The notes under the pieces are model-generated. The model was not told the origin of the DNA. It saw only the letters and a list, made by a program, of their open reading frames with translations, and searched no databases. A stretch of DNA of 38,046 nt from a virus (lineage: Duplodnaviria > Caudoviricetes). Location of the stretch: IMG/VR virus record IMGVR_UViG_3300020045_008411, positions 1 to 38,046 of that record. The stretch is one strand, 5' to 3'. The translations under genes were made by a program, and so were the position numbers. Positions 24,849-34,542 of the stretch are shown in pieces (the first letter of the stretch is position 1; every line of letters starts with the position of its first letter).

Positions 24849-25198
24849 GGTTTATCTTTGAATAGATGGACGACGTTATCCACCTCATCAGCCAATTGCT
24901 CCACCCGTTCGTTGACAGCGACGCTGTGTTCGATGGTGTAGAAGTCCTCTATCGCGAGATATGCGTCGAGGTAGCAATGAATGATACTGGCTGTTTCCAG
25001 CACAGGTAAACGGCGACCGTCAATAAAAACGATTTCCGCTAAGGGGATCATGTCAGGAGAACCGCACTCTACACCAAAAGGTGGTTCATTGTCAAGTAGA
25101 GGCTTGACAAGCAGAATATCATCCACGTTGATACTGACGTGAACCGGAAAGACTGATTCGTTATTCCGCGAGGGAATGGTAACAGGGAAGGAGAACAT
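24815..25198 (-). CDS. Hypothetical protein, 127 aa
   Basis: AAGGA RBS; in the operon. Confidence 0.7.
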   Translation of the reverse strand: MFSFPVTIPSRNNESVFPVHVSINVDDILLVKPLLDNEPPFGVECGSPDMIPLAEIVFIDGRRLPVLETASIIHCYLDAYLAIEDFYTIEHSVAVNERVEQLADEVDNVVHLFKDKPCAISAGSIPD

Positions 25199-25210
25199 GG
25201 GTGTCCTTGC

Positions 25211-25537
25211 TCAGGCAGGTGGGTAGATCGTGATCGTGCCGAGGTGTTCGTAACTCTGCCACATGAACGGAGTGACGATGACCCGCGAGCCTACCGTGAT
25301 GGAAGCAAAGATGACGCCACCGAACATGGCATCCTCCAGCTTGTAGACGATGGGAATGACATCGGGGACTAGCGGGACCAGTGGGGACTCTTCGTTTTCC
25401 TCGCGAGGGATGCAGAGAGCATCGCGAGCGGGGACATAATCGACAACAACCCGGCTGGACCGTCGATCAGCCATCAGCTTGAAGATGTTGGCCTGTGCAG
25501 CGATCTCGATGAGTTCTCGGATCGAGAGTTCATTCAT
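25211..25537 (-). CDS. Hypothetical protein, 108 aa
   Basis: ATGA overlap. Confidence 0.7.
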   Translation of the reverse strand: MNELSIRELIEIAAQANIFKLMADRRSSRVVVDYVPARDALCIPREENEESPLVPLVPDVIPIVYKLEDAMFGGVIFASITVGSRVIVTPFMWQSYEHLGTITIYPPA

Positions 25538-25884
25538 ACGCCAGCCGACAGCCGGAGAACCTTGAGCATGGCGAAGTCGTCTTCGCTACCGAACTCGTCG
25601 AGCATCTGCGTAAGCTCGCTGATCGTGATGTAAAATCCGACAGTGCCGGCCTTGGCTGCAAGGATTGGGTCCCTCTGCGGTGCAGGGGTTGCGTCGTAAC
25701 TGGACCAGCGGGTGAGGGAGAGGCTGGTGAGGGCGAACCCGTCCTCAGGGAAATCGAACTGTTCGAAGTATGTGTCGCTACCAGCCGTACCGATCTGATT
25801 GTGTTCGATCCCGATCAACGAAGGGATGTAGTCTGAGGCAACCGACTTAGCGTTGCCGATTAGGCGATATCCGTATGCAGGCAT
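25534..25884 (-). CDS. Hypothetical protein, 116 aa
   Basis: AAGGAG RBS; first gene of the packaging operon. Confidence 0.75.
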   Translation of the reverse strand: MPAYGYRLIGNAKSVASDYIPSLIGIEHNQIGTAGSDTYFEQFDFPEDGFALTSLSLTRWSSYDATPAPQRDPILAAKAGTVGFYITISELTQMLDEFGSEDDFAMLKVLRLSAGV

Positions 25885-26534
25885 TAAGAGAGACTCCTTG
25901 GCTCGTTTGATGCCGTATAGTCAGTCAGAATGGCGGCGGAGTCAAGCAGGAATGCCGGTTCAGAGGGTAACTTTTGCTAACAGGTTGCTTTTCTTAGCTT
26001 TTTTGAAAAGTGTGAAAATAGGGGCCAAAAGTCGAGAGGCTCAAAACCCTAGGACTTCTGCGGCACACAGCCCTGCAACTCTTCTGTATATGTATATTAT
26101 ATACTTTTAATAAAAGAAATAGAGAAAGAGGGAAAGGACACAGCCGGACTGACAGCCCAGACACCACCGATCCAGACACCTGTGATTCACCGGCGGGTTT
26201 TAAGAATAAGTTGGGTAAAAGTTTGTTTGGGTATAACTATTTGAAATTCAACGAAAAAGTATGTTTTTTTATCCAAATATTTTTCTCCCAGCCGTTGGAT
26301 TTCACCTGACGAGTAGCTCATCCGGCGCTTACTCTGGTCTGTCACGCACCTACATCACGCGCCACCTCATCACCCCTCACTCCCATCCCATTTCCTCACA
26401 TCACGCCAATCTGACAACCTCCATCACGCATCACTTTCTATTAATAATTTCCAATAAACCGTCTCGTTTCCCCAACATCTTGATATCATGACATAATCTT
26501 TTCTCGATCTTTTGCGTCTTTTTTCACCGCCATC

Positions 26535-26563
26535 TTGACATGACGATCATCACGGCATAATGA
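26535..26563 (+). promoter_or_regulatory. Putative sigma70 promoter of the rightward operon
   Basis: TTGACA-N17-TAATGA upstream of an AAGGGGA RBS. Confidence 0.5.
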
Positions 26564-26601
26564 CACCCCAGCACCCAGCCACATCGGCAAGGGGACAAGT
26601 G

Positions 26602-27564
26602 ATGAAAGAACGCGTGATGGCCGCCCGAGGCTCCCTTGCAACACCAACCCCTGTCATCGTCTGGAGCGACGGTATCCACTACGTGCGCCCGGCGTCGTTG
26701 CGGGACAAGCACGTGATGCGTTGGGTGGTCGGAGCGCATAAGGGTACAGCGTCCAAGCTCAGCCGGCACGCGGCAACCTTGGAGGATGCTACCGCGATCG
26801 CACAGCGCGCTACCGCTGCATGGGTGGTCAAGCATCCAGCCGACACCGACGCGATCATTATCCAAGAGTCCACGGTGTCGCCGACATCCAGCAAAGTGGT
26901 TCTTCCCAAGTTCGCCACCACCCACTTCAACTGCATCCGCGCGAATCCCACAGCACAGGTCTGGCAATGCGTGTCCTTCCCCGGTGAGCGGGCGGCGGTC
27001 GGGCGTAAGAAGGCGAGCGGGGCTCCCGCTTCACAAGCAGCCTTCAACCACACCAAAGGCACCTGTGCTGTTTTGATAGGGCGCGATCCTGTTCGGGAAG
27101 CTGATGGCAGCGTGCGGGTATTCCCCTCGTGGCAGATGGCGGAAGACTATTCCTATGATCTGTACGTCAACACCCCTGAGGATGAACGCCTCCCATGGGT
27201 GGAGGACGGCACGGTCGTCGCACGCACCTTGAACATCGACATCCTGTTCGATCCGCAAGTCAATGGCGAGAAGCGGCCGTTCAGCCTGTTCTACCCCAAG
27301 TTCAACAAGCCGATCCTCGCCGGCTACCGCAAGAAGCATTATCGCACCAAGCCGCAGATGGCGTCGGGCGGTGATTATATGCCGGGAACGACGGACGAGC
27401 GCGCTGCACTCGATTTCAACATGCGGCTGGCTGCATTGGTGGAAGATGAAACCAACCGCGTGCTGTCGCTGGAGATCGTCAAGTTCGAATCCATCTGGGG
27501 CGCGGAAGAATACGCCCTCAACGTAACCGAGCCGACGATACGCGGCGAAAGGATCATCCTATGA
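26602..27564 (+). CDS. Hypothetical protein, ~320 aa
   Basis: Long ORF; start placed at GTG/ATG after the RBS. Confidence 0.75.
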   Translation: MKERVMAARGSLATPTPVIVWSDGIHYVRPASLRDKHVMRWVVGAHKGTASKLSRHAATLEDATAIAQRATAAWVVKHPADTDAIIIQESTVSPTSSKVVLPKFATTHFNCIRANPTAQVWQCVSFPGERAAVGRKKASGAPASQAAFNHTKGTCAVLIGRDPVREADGSVRVFPSWQMAEDYSYDLYVNTPEDERLPWVEDGTVVARTLNIDILFDPQVNGEKRPFSLFYPKFNKPILAGYRKKHYRTKPQMASGGDYMPGTTDERAALDFNMRLAALVEDETNRVLSLEIVKFESIWGAEEYALNVTEPTIRGERIIL

Positions 27565-27914
27565 ACGACGAAATGAACGCCCCGAGCGCTGATTACAGGG
27601 AAGCTGCTCTGATCCTGCACCGAGCCGCAAACTGGTTGGAAGATAATCCCAACCACCACATTACAGGAACCTGCGCCCGAGATGATCTTGGCGACAGGGT
27701 GCTGGTCTTCGATCCCCATGCGACCTGCTTCTGCGCCGTCGGCCGGATCACCTACGAACAGCGCTCTGCTGATGCCATGCGTAAGCGCGAGATAATCTTT
27801 GAGCAGACCTCGCCGCGTGCCTTGGCTGCCATCAACGATGGTCCCGACAAACGCCTCGCTATCGTCGAAATGCGGTCAATGGCGGCCGAGCTTGCACGTA
27901 AAGGAGCTATCTAA
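27561..27914 (+). CDS. Paralog family A protein (RAA.WLE.NP..H..G / CFCAVGRI / ND), copy 1
   Basis: Shared motifs across 5 ORFs; pattern resembles DUF6197-like phage proteins. Confidence 0.8.
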   Translation: MNDEMNAPSADYREAALILHRAANWLEDNPNHHITGTCARDDLGDRVLVFDPHATCFCAVGRITYEQRSADAMRKREIIFEQTSPRALAAINDGPDKRLAIVEMRSMAAELARKGAI

Positions 27915-28282
27915 TGAACATGGTTACGAACGCTTACGCCGCTCTCGTCCTCCGCCGCGCTGCTAAGTGGTTGAAGGCGAACCCGGACAAGCACATCACT
28001 GGCGTAGCCGCAACAGGCCGCGACGGCGTTTCGATCCATCCCCAACATTACCGCGCCACTTGCTTCTGCGCCGTCGGCCGGATCACCCGCGAGATACACG
28101 ATCTCAGGGATGCACCTCACTTTGTGCTGGATGCTGTCTTCTCTGACACACCGGCATCTATGGTGGTGCAACTCAACGATCGGTCATCTGATAAAAGCGA
28201 GGTCATCGATAAGCTGACGCAAATGGCCGACAAACTTTACAGCAAGTCTGTCCTCCTCTCGGCCGGCAAGGTGGTACTGTGA
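27914..28282 (+). CDS. Paralog family A protein, copy 2
   Basis: Same motifs; AAGGAG RBS. Confidence 0.8.
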   Translation: MNMVTNAYAALVLRRAAKWLKANPDKHITGVAATGRDGVSIHPQHYRATCFCAVGRITREIHDLRDAPHFVLDAVFSDTPASMVVQLNDRSSDKSEVIDKLTQMADKLYSKSVLLSAGKVVL

Positions 28283-28638
28283 AGATCACCGACAAGCTGA
28301 CGGCCTCCAGCCTCCTCCAATTACACGGGCGCATCTATGCTGCCATCGACAACAATGACCGGATGATGATGCAAGCGTCACTGGTCGAGCTTGATCGACA
28401 TCACGCGGACCTCGTCGAAGCAGCACGCACCGAGCAGCAAATCAAAAATGGCAACGTCCGCATCGACCTAGCCAGCCGCCTGCGTACTCTGGCGAAGATC
28501 ATCAAGGACAAGGCGCGTTACGAACCGGCGGTTTGGGCTGATCGTCTCTCGCATCACGACTACGTGAATCCCGCCGAGGTTGTAGCAGCGATCGTCGCCG
28601 ATCTCGAAACCGCCGCTGTCAAGCTTGGAGCCGAATGA
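28279..28638 (+). CDS. Hypothetical protein, 119 aa
   Basis: GTGA overlap. Confidence 0.7.
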   Translation: MKITDKLTASSLLQLHGRIYAAIDNNDRMMMQASLVELDRHHADLVEAARTEQQIKNGNVRIDLASRLRTLAKIIKDKARYEPAVWADRLSHHDYVNPAEVVAAIVADLETAAVKLGAE

Positions 28639-29036
28639 AGATGACCGACAACACCACCCACGCTCAAGCGGCCGGCATCTTGCACCGTGCGGCCGATTGG
28701 CTCGAAGCGAACCCGGACCGACACACCACGGGCGCTTTGGCACGCACAAAGGAAGGCCAGCTATGCGACCCTACCGGACCTGACGCCTACTGCTTCTGTG
28801 CCGTCGGTCGTATTCAATACGAACTTCTACAAAACCGAGAAGCGGCCCTCTTGGCGCGTCTTATCTTTCGATTGACATCACGAACATCCTTGGCGCGCAC
28901 CAACGACGGCACGGAAACAGGCGTCTGGACTGATATGGTTACCTACCTGAATGAGGAATCCATGCACAAGGCGAGAGCATTGATCCGGATGAAAAACATG
29001 GCGGATTACCTCGAAAATACCAAAATTCCTTATTGA
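28635..29036 (+). CDS. Paralog family A protein, copy 3
   Basis: Same motifs. Confidence 0.8.
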   Translation: MKMTDNTTHAQAAGILHRAADWLEANPDRHTTGALARTKEGQLCDPTGPDAYCFCAVGRIQYELLQNREAALLARLIFRLTSRTSLARTNDGTETGVWTDMVTYLNEESMHKARALIRMKNMADYLENTKIPY

Positions 29037-29061
29037 CTAACAGGAAGAATTATCCTAGACG
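29033..29061 (+). promoter_or_regulatory. Class-2 promoter
   Basis: TTGACT-aacaggaagaattatcc-TAGACG; near-identical to 34790 and 35727. Confidence 0.7.
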
Positions 29062-29090
29062 CACATCACGCCCAACTGAGAACAAACATC

Positions 29091-29471
29091 ATGACAATCA
29101 CCACGCCCCAAGACGCCATCAAGATCATGCGCTATGCCGCTAACTGGCTGGAGACCCATCCCGATAAACATTGCCGAGAGACCCTCGCGAAAGATGATCA
29201 GGGTAATGAAGTCTCTCCCTTGGACGGCGCGGCGACTTGCTTTTGCGCCCTTGGCCGCATCGTTCGCGAAACCCATGAATTGACCGGCGAATACATCCGC
29301 CACAGTTCATTTATCAGAGATCACTTCGACAGCGTGACCTCAACGCGCGTCAGTTTTGCGAACGACAGTATCGGGCGCTTGTCTGTCATCACTCTGATGC
29401 GCCAACTGGCAGACAAAAAAGAAGAACGCTTGGCCACTGCATCACGCCCAACTGGAAACATACCGACATGA
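29091..29471 (+). CDS. Paralog family A protein, copy 4
   Basis: Same motifs (CFCALGRI). Confidence 0.8.
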   Translation: MTITTPQDAIKIMRYAANWLETHPDKHCRETLAKDDQGNEVSPLDGAATCFCALGRIVRETHELTGEYIRHSSFIRDHFDSVTSTRVSFANDSIGRLSVITLMRQLADKKEERLATASRPTGNIPT

Positions 29472-30247
29472 GAACGACCCTAATCTGCGACGTGATTGCC
29501 AACGCAGGAACCCGATACGCGACACACGATTTTCGTCTCGTCAACGAGAACGGCACCTTAGGGTTCCGGGCCTATGTAGGTATGCGCGGCGTCGTTCTTT
29601 TCGGTACGACCACCCCGGCGGCTTACCCACACTGCCTCTATCATATGGCACCGCGCCATTCGGAGAAATCCACGCAATGGGTGATGACAGCTATGTTGCA
29701 CGAGATCGCCTTCTCGATGAAGCCGGGAGACACACGCTCCTTCGATACCAGTCTACCAGAGAAACCAGCCGTTACGACGATCAACTATTCTGATCTTGGT
29801 ATCATCGACGCGTTGCAGAAGGATATCAAGAACTTAGAGCATGACATCATGTTCCTGCACAAGCTCAGCGAGGAGATGGGGAGCATCGTCACCGCGAAAG
29901 AGGAAGACATCCTGCGCTTGCGGGAAACTGTCGCCATCAAGGATGGGTACATCGAACGCTTGCAGGACTCCCTCGACGTGGATCGTTACCGAGTCGCCTC
30001 TGCGCTCAACAAGCTCCGAACGGAGATCACAGTCCGCCGCCGCCGGATTATGGGTGACTGTCATTCCGAGAGCGTAGCGGTGGCTTATCTGTGCAAGGAG
30101 TTTGAGAACGCGCTCGAAGCAATCGAAGACCGCCTTGCACCGCTGGGTGAGGTCGCTCGCGACAAGACCGATTGCCCCATCGACTCTGACAGGGTTGAAC
30201 GCAATCGCCTGCGCGGCATGGGCGTAGAAACTGGTGGGGCAGCATGA
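29468..30247 (+). CDS. Hypothetical protein with coiled-coil C-terminal half, 259 aa
   Basis: ATGA overlaps; heptad-like region. Confidence 0.75.
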   Translation: MRTTLICDVIANAGTRYATHDFRLVNENGTLGFRAYVGMRGVVLFGTTTPAAYPHCLYHMAPRHSEKSTQWVMTAMLHEIAFSMKPGDTRSFDTSLPEKPAVTTINYSDLGIIDALQKDIKNLEHDIMFLHKLSEEMGSIVTAKEEDILRLRETVAIKDGYIERLQDSLDVDRYRVASALNKLRTEITVRRRRIMGDCHSESVAVAYLCKEFENALEAIEDRLAPLGEVARDKTDCPIDSDRVERNRLRGMGVETGGAA

Positions 30248-30513
30248 CCCGCCATTTCATCACTGTCGAGATCGAAGCCGCCACGCAGGTCCGCGCCGTC
30301 ACGGCTGTCAGCATCGCGCTCGAAAACTATTGTCCAGCCGGCGGCGAGGGTATCCGCTTCATCGACGCCTTTCCGCAAAAGCAACCAGCCGGCCGGCCGA
30401 AGGCTTTCGCCGAACAAGCGTGTGTTATCGGTAAGTGCGATGATGTTGTGAAAATACATTGCGACGATCCCGACGACGCAAATGAACTGTTCGAATGGTT
30501 GACTGAACAATGA
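30244..30513 (+). CDS. Hypothetical protein, 89 aa
   Basis: Coupled overlaps. Confidence 0.7.
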   Translation: MTRHFITVEIEAATQVRAVTAVSIALENYCPAGGEGIRFIDAFPQKQPAGRPKAFAEQACVIGKCDDVVKIHCDDPDDANELFEWLTEQ

Positions 30514-30920
30514 GCCGCTATGTCACCAAGAAGAACGGTATTCGCATCGGATCAGACAACGTCTTCTTCTACAAAGACGAGAATGATGAGATTCGCGACT
30601 TCCCCTGTATCGTGTCGATAGCCCCACTGTTCTTCGATAATTACTCGACACACCATGCGTTCATTCGATCGACGGCTGAACAGCTACTGTTCAATCCGGG
30701 AATCTACACGGACAACCGGTTCGGATACGAAGAAACGAAAACCATGTACCGGCTCGACGATTGGTGGGTGAGGTGGCTCGACGCCAACTGCCCCGGCTGG
30801 GGTTACCCACCGCCACATAATTCTGACCGCGTCCCGTGCCTCTTCTTCGCCAAGCGCAAGCACGCGCTGGCGTTCGCCAATGAAGTCGCCCGTATCTTGC
30901 AAGGGGAACGCTACCGATGA
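30510..30920 (+). CDS. Hypothetical protein, 136 aa
   Basis: Coupled overlaps. Confidence 0.7.
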   Translation: MSRYVTKKNGIRIGSDNVFFYKDENDEIRDFPCIVSIAPLFFDNYSTHHAFIRSTAEQLLFNPGIYTDNRFGYEETKTMYRLDDWWVRWLDANCPGWGYPPPHNSDRVPCLFFAKRKHALAFANEVARILQGERYR

Positions 30921-31129
30921 CTACACCTATCGATCCACTCGACCAGCCGCTGACCCTGCGTGATCTCAAGGAAGGGCTTACGCTCAACCTCAACTTCATC
31001 GGCTGGGACTACGGCGGGCACACCAATAAGCTCACCGTGGCACTCATGATGGATGGCATCCAGTTGTGCAGCAGCGATATCAGCATCGATCCATCAGGAT
31101 ACGAACGCGAGAAGGATTCCGGATGGTAA
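30917..31129 (+). CDS. Hypothetical protein, 70 aa
   Basis: Coupled overlap. Confidence 0.7.
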   Translation: MTTPIDPLDQPLTLRDLKEGLTLNLNFIGWDYGGHTNKLTVALMMDGIQLCSSDISIDPSGYEREKDSGW

Positions 31130-31512
31130 GCTTTTACGACGCCACGACACTGGCAATCTTGGACGCCGAAGCGGTCGCCGAGGGCAACACGCTGCTCACT
31201 GATGATGCTTTCGCGATTGCTATTACCCGCAAGCAGCACGCGGTGTTCAGTGCACTGCTCGATCGCTATCGGGCTGGGATCATCGATAGCTTCCATGCTG
31301 ACGCCTTGCTCCGCCAACTGACCACCCTCCAGCAGACCCAAGAGCGCCTCATCACCGAAGCGCGGCTACAGGGCCAGCAGGAAGGCAAGGAGGCTGTCCT
31401 GCATTGGTTACGCGGACACAGCGCTACGAAGCCACACGCTCCACTGTGGTTTGAAGCTGCGACGCTCGCTGACCGGTTCGTTGACTCCGAGACGCCGAAG
31501 ACCAGCCGATGA
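31123..31512 (+). CDS. Hypothetical protein, 129 aa (MVSFYDATT...)
   Basis: Start corrected (AAGGA RBS). Confidence 0.7.
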   Translation: MVSFYDATTLAILDAEAVAEGNTLLTDDAFAIAITRKQHAVFSALLDRYRAGIIDSFHADALLRQLTTLQQTQERLITEARLQGQQEGKEAVLHWLRGHSATKPHAPLWFEAATLADRFVDSETPKTSR

Positions 31513-31565
31513 ACAACAAGATCATCATCACGAGCCCATGCGGCAACTACCCATCACATCACTAG
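31509..31565 (+). pseudogene. Truncated duplicate of the 5' end of gene 31845-32084 (MNNKIIITSPCGNYPSHH*)
   Basis: 31509-31548 matches 31845-31884 with one mismatch. Confidence 0.65.
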
Positions 31566-31576
31566 GAACTACCGAT

Positions 31577-31843
31577 ATGCCAAGCCGCGAAGATGTTTAC
31601 GCCGCACTCAACACTGAGTTCGCTTATCAAGACCGTATGACCGCCGACACCAGCCGGCCGGACATGGTCGAACTTTCACCCGGAGACCATCTACTGGCAA
31701 TGGAACACCTGCTGCGTGAGGCGCGCACCTATTGGTATGCCAATGCAATGCCACATGCTGCTGCGGCGGATTCGATCCGCAAGGTGACGGCTCTGGGCGT
31801 CCGATTCATGGAACGTACTTCTGCCCCACTGCGGTGCGATTGA
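31577..31843 (+). CDS. All-alpha protein, possibly MazG-like, 88 aa
   Basis: REDVYAALNTEFAYQD...IRKVTALGVRFME pattern recalls phage MazG-like helical proteins; function uncertain. Confidence 0.5.
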   Translation: MPSREDVYAALNTEFAYQDRMTADTSRPDMVELSPGDHLLAMEHLLREARTYWYANAMPHAAAADSIRKVTALGVRFMERTSAPLRCD

Positions 31844-31844
31844 T

Positions 31845-32084
31845 ATGAACAACAAGATCATCATCACGAGCCCATGTGGCAACTTCGAATGGCAGCAAGT
31901 GTCATCGTACGTCCCGCGCATCGGCGAATCGGTGACCTGCCGGATGAGCCTCACCAGCGAGATCGAGTTCAGAGGGATCGTTGAGGATGTTCATATCGAG
32001 GTCCGCAAGGGCTGGGGTGTTAATGAAGGCATCTCGCAAAGTGGTATGGTCATCTCGGTCTGGTTGAAGGCAATTGAGTCGTGA
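31845..32084 (+). CDS. Hypothetical protein, 79 aa
   Basis: ORF in the operon. Confidence 0.7.
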   Translation: MNNKIIITSPCGNFEWQQVSSYVPRIGESVTCRMSLTSEIEFRGIVEDVHIEVRKGWGVNEGISQSGMVISVWLKAIES

Positions 32085-32275
32085 GTAATCCCGAAGTCTA
32101 CGTCGCTATTTGGCTCGTCGGCGTCATTCTTTTTGGCATTACCGACTGCGTCACCTGCTTCGATAAACCAAACTGGGCTGCGACGATATTCTGGCCGATC
32201 ACGTTTTTGATAATCGCCCCTCTTTTCGTCCTTTGTAATTGGCTTATCGATCGAAACGAACATCGTGGCTTATAA
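32081..32275 (+). CDS. Small membrane protein, 64 aa
   Basis: Two hydrophobic segments; FWP motif. Confidence 0.65.
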   Translation: MSNPEVYVAIWLVGVILFGITDCVTCFDKPNWAATIFWPITFLIIAPLFVLCNWLIDRNEHRGL

Positions 32276-32307
32276 GAAGTTGATTACGGTCTGTCTGGAA
32301 TAATATA

Positions 32308-32388
32308 ATGCAGATAGCTAATATTTTGTACCTTATGGGTAGTATCTGCTTCGCGGCTGGTACAATAGTGAACATGCTCAGGTCATGA
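32308..32388 (+). CDS. Small hydrophobic peptide, 26 aa (MQIANILYLMGSICFAAGTIVNMLRS)
   Basis: Not in the ORF track; single TM; ATGA overlap with the next ORF. Confidence 0.5.
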   Translation: MQIANILYLMGSICFAAGTIVNMLRS

Positions 32389-32552
32389 TCACAGCAGGAT
32401 CGAGCCATTATTGGTCCGGGGTGGGTTGGTTACCTTTCGCTGGTGAGGATAACCCTTACGAGAAACCCTTGGACTATTGCATGACTTCTGTTTCCGATCT
32501 CATCGACCGTAACGATTACTCCGACATGGGTTTCGACGAAGAGATGGAATAA
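32385..32552 (+). CDS. Acidic hypothetical protein, 55 aa
   Basis: Not in the ORF track; fills the gap before the next promoter. Confidence 0.5.
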   Translation: MITAGSSHYWSGVGWLPFAGEDNPYEKPLDYCMTSVSDLIDRNDYSDMGFDEEME

Positions 32553-32612
32553 GTCCTTGCGTTATGTGGAGAATCATCTAATGCATCGAAATCAACAACT
32601 AGGAGACAAGAC

Positions 32613-32942
32613 GTGACGGAATCCAAACTCAAAATCGGTGCCAAGGTGATTCACAGTAAAATGGGCCTGTCAGGCGTCATCGAAGAAAATGTCGAAGGCT
32701 GGTGGTTGGTGCGTTGGGCTTTCAACAACATATGCCAGCCGGTCCGCCCGTCCCTACTCACTTACGTCAAGACCATCGACGACGAGATGGACGACGAGGC
32801 GGATGAAGCGATCGCAGCCTACTGGGAAGACATGGGGCGACCGGGCGCGGCCACGAAGGCTCGCGAAGGACGCTCTCGTGCGGATCATTCGCACGCGATC
32901 CTCGTCCACTATTTCCGAACTCTACTGGAATCGGAAGCGTAA
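32613..32942 (+). CDS. Hypothetical protein, 109 aa
   Basis: GTG with AGGAGA RBS; degenerate class-2 promoter at 32557. Confidence 0.75.
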   Translation: MTESKLKIGAKVIHSKMGLSGVIEENVEGWWLVRWAFNNICQPVRPSLLTYVKTIDDEMDDEADEAIAAYWEDMGRPGAATKAREGRSRADHSHAILVHYFRTLLESEA

Positions 32943-32995
32943 ACGCCAGCCGGTAAAACACATCAATCATCTTTTGAATAAAACGGAAAACGAAC

Positions 32996-33289
32996 ATGAC
33001 GCCCAAGCTCGCACTCGAATTGACTTTCACCGACTACGATACCGGCGAAGAGACTACGATCAAGGAATACTTCAAGCTGCTCCTGCAAACGCTGTGGTAC
33101 GAGCGCGATAGCTTTTCGGGAAAGCACCCGTTTGGTAATTCCGGATGGGAAAGCTGCTTGCAGAAGCCACTTGTAGGTGCCGGCTGCATCGCAGGCACCC
33201 TCGATATCTACGAAGATGGGTGGGAAGTATCCGGTGTCGATGACGATGAATACGCCGCCTACATCGAACTCATGATTGACGTTCTTTGA
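32996..33289 (+). CDS. Hypothetical phage protein, 97 aa (FSGKHPFGNSGW motif)
   Basis: ORF in the operon. Confidence 0.75.
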   Translation: MTPKLALELTFTDYDTGEETTIKEYFKLLLQTLWYERDSFSGKHPFGNSGWESCLQKPLVGAGCIAGTLDIYEDGWEVSGVDDDEYAAYIELMIDVL

Positions 33290-33296
33290 GCGGACC

Positions 33297-33551
33297 ATGG
33301 CAATGACTGATACTATTATGACCGCTTGGATCACTCTCGCATACCTGCTGTTCGGTATCGCATCTTTTCTTCTCTTGGTCCGAACCGAGACCCGTCGCCG
33401 GAATATTTATGGGACTGACCTAGTACTCTTTGCTATGGTCGGATTTACTGGTCCTTTCGGCCTCATTATTGTGGTAGCTAACTGGCTATTCACTCTATAC
33501 AGCGACGGACCATACCGAGAACCCCGGCGATACTTCCGCAAGCGCGGTTGA
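33297..33551 (+). CDS. Membrane protein
   Basis: Two hydrophobic segments; start uncertain. Confidence 0.6.
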   Translation: MAMTDTIMTAWITLAYLLFGIASFLLLVRTETRRRNIYGTDLVLFAMVGFTGPFGLIIVVANWLFTLYSDGPYREPRRYFRKRG

Positions 33552-33589
33552 TCCCTGCTTGAACTGCTCTCTATCGATAAGGAATCACC

Positions 33590-33787
33590 ATGGCTGATAC
33601 AGCCCCTCAGACCTACTACGCTGATATTCAACTTCAAGTTACGGTCAAGTTCACCGATGACGGATCGTCGAGCCTGATCGATCAGGCACTGGATGCCGTT
33701 TGGGACATGGACCTTTCCCCGTACGACACCGATGCATCGATCGTCGGCGGCGTTCGGACGACTGATTCTCTCGGGTCGGGGAGGTAG
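33590..33787 (+). CDS. Hypothetical protein, 65 aa
   Basis: AAGGA RBS. Confidence 0.7.
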   Translation: MADTAPQTYYADIQLQVTVKFTDDGSSSLIDQALDAVWDMDLSPYDTDASIVGGVRTTDSLGSGR

Positions 33788-33794
33788 TCGTCTC

Positions 33795-33998
33795 GTGAAG
33801 ATTACAGAACTCATCGCACCAGCCGCCGACTGGACTGGTGGATCATGGGCGAACCGGCTCAGTCAAGCGGCGTCGCTTCTCTACGTTCACGGGTACATCA
33901 CGCTCAACCAGCGCGTCGGCGTCACGGCCAAGTTGGAGAGGCAATTCTCCCACGCCTTGGAGACCGGCGCGATCATCCACGTCCCGGACGAGCTATAA
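33795..33998 (+). CDS. Hypothetical protein, 67 aa
   Basis: GTG after GGAGG. Confidence 0.65.
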   Translation: MKITELIAPAADWTGGSWANRLSQAASLLYVHGYITLNQRVGVTAKLERQFSHALETGAIIHVPDEL

Positions 33999-34032
33999 CC
34001 ATCAAAATATCCCCCTTACAAGGAAGCAACCA

Positions 34033-34251
34033 GTGGTCCGCTATTTCTATTCCAAGACTGCCTTGAACACCAACGGTGCCATCAATGCCCCGCGTTTCGA
34101 CACCTATGACGAAGTGGTCACAGCGGCGATGAAGGAACAAGTCAGCTACTCGGCTTTGCAGTCCATCACGATCTACAAGGAAGAGTTCACACCACTGGCC
34201 GACATCATGGTCTCGCAAGAGCGGGTCGTGAAGATGCGCGGTGATTCGTGA
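34033..34251 (+). CDS. Hypothetical protein, 72 aa
   Basis: GTG after AAGGA. Confidence 0.65.
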   Translation: MVRYFYSKTALNTNGAINAPRFDTYDEVVTAAMKEQVSYSALQSITIYKEEFTPLADIMVSQERVVKMRGDS

Positions 34252-34541
34252 AACGCCCCTCTGATGAATCGCAGGTAGACCATCTCGCTGATCTGCTAGA
34301 AGAGGTCTACGAGAAAGAGCGGGAGGCGTGGGTGATCACGCCATGTAGAATCTCAAGGCACGGCGAGGATGTGCTTGTTTTTAAGCAGCTCCCACTGTGT
34401 CCCGAATTTGACGAAGGTGTAAGCACCACGTGCACCCAACACCACTTTGACAACAGAGCAGATGCGGAGAGTTTCGTTCAGTTCGAGACGTTCAGGGCTA
34501 TATCGCAAGCCGCCATCGGATATTGTGACGGGCGAGGGTAA
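34248..34541 (+). CDS. Hypothetical protein, 97 aa
   Basis: GTGA overlap. Confidence 0.65.
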   Translation: MKRPSDESQVDHLADLLEEVYEKEREAWVITPCRISRHGEDVLVFKQLPLCPEFDEGVSTTCTQHHFDNRADAESFVQFETFRAISQAAIGYCDGRG

Positions 34542-34542
34542 C

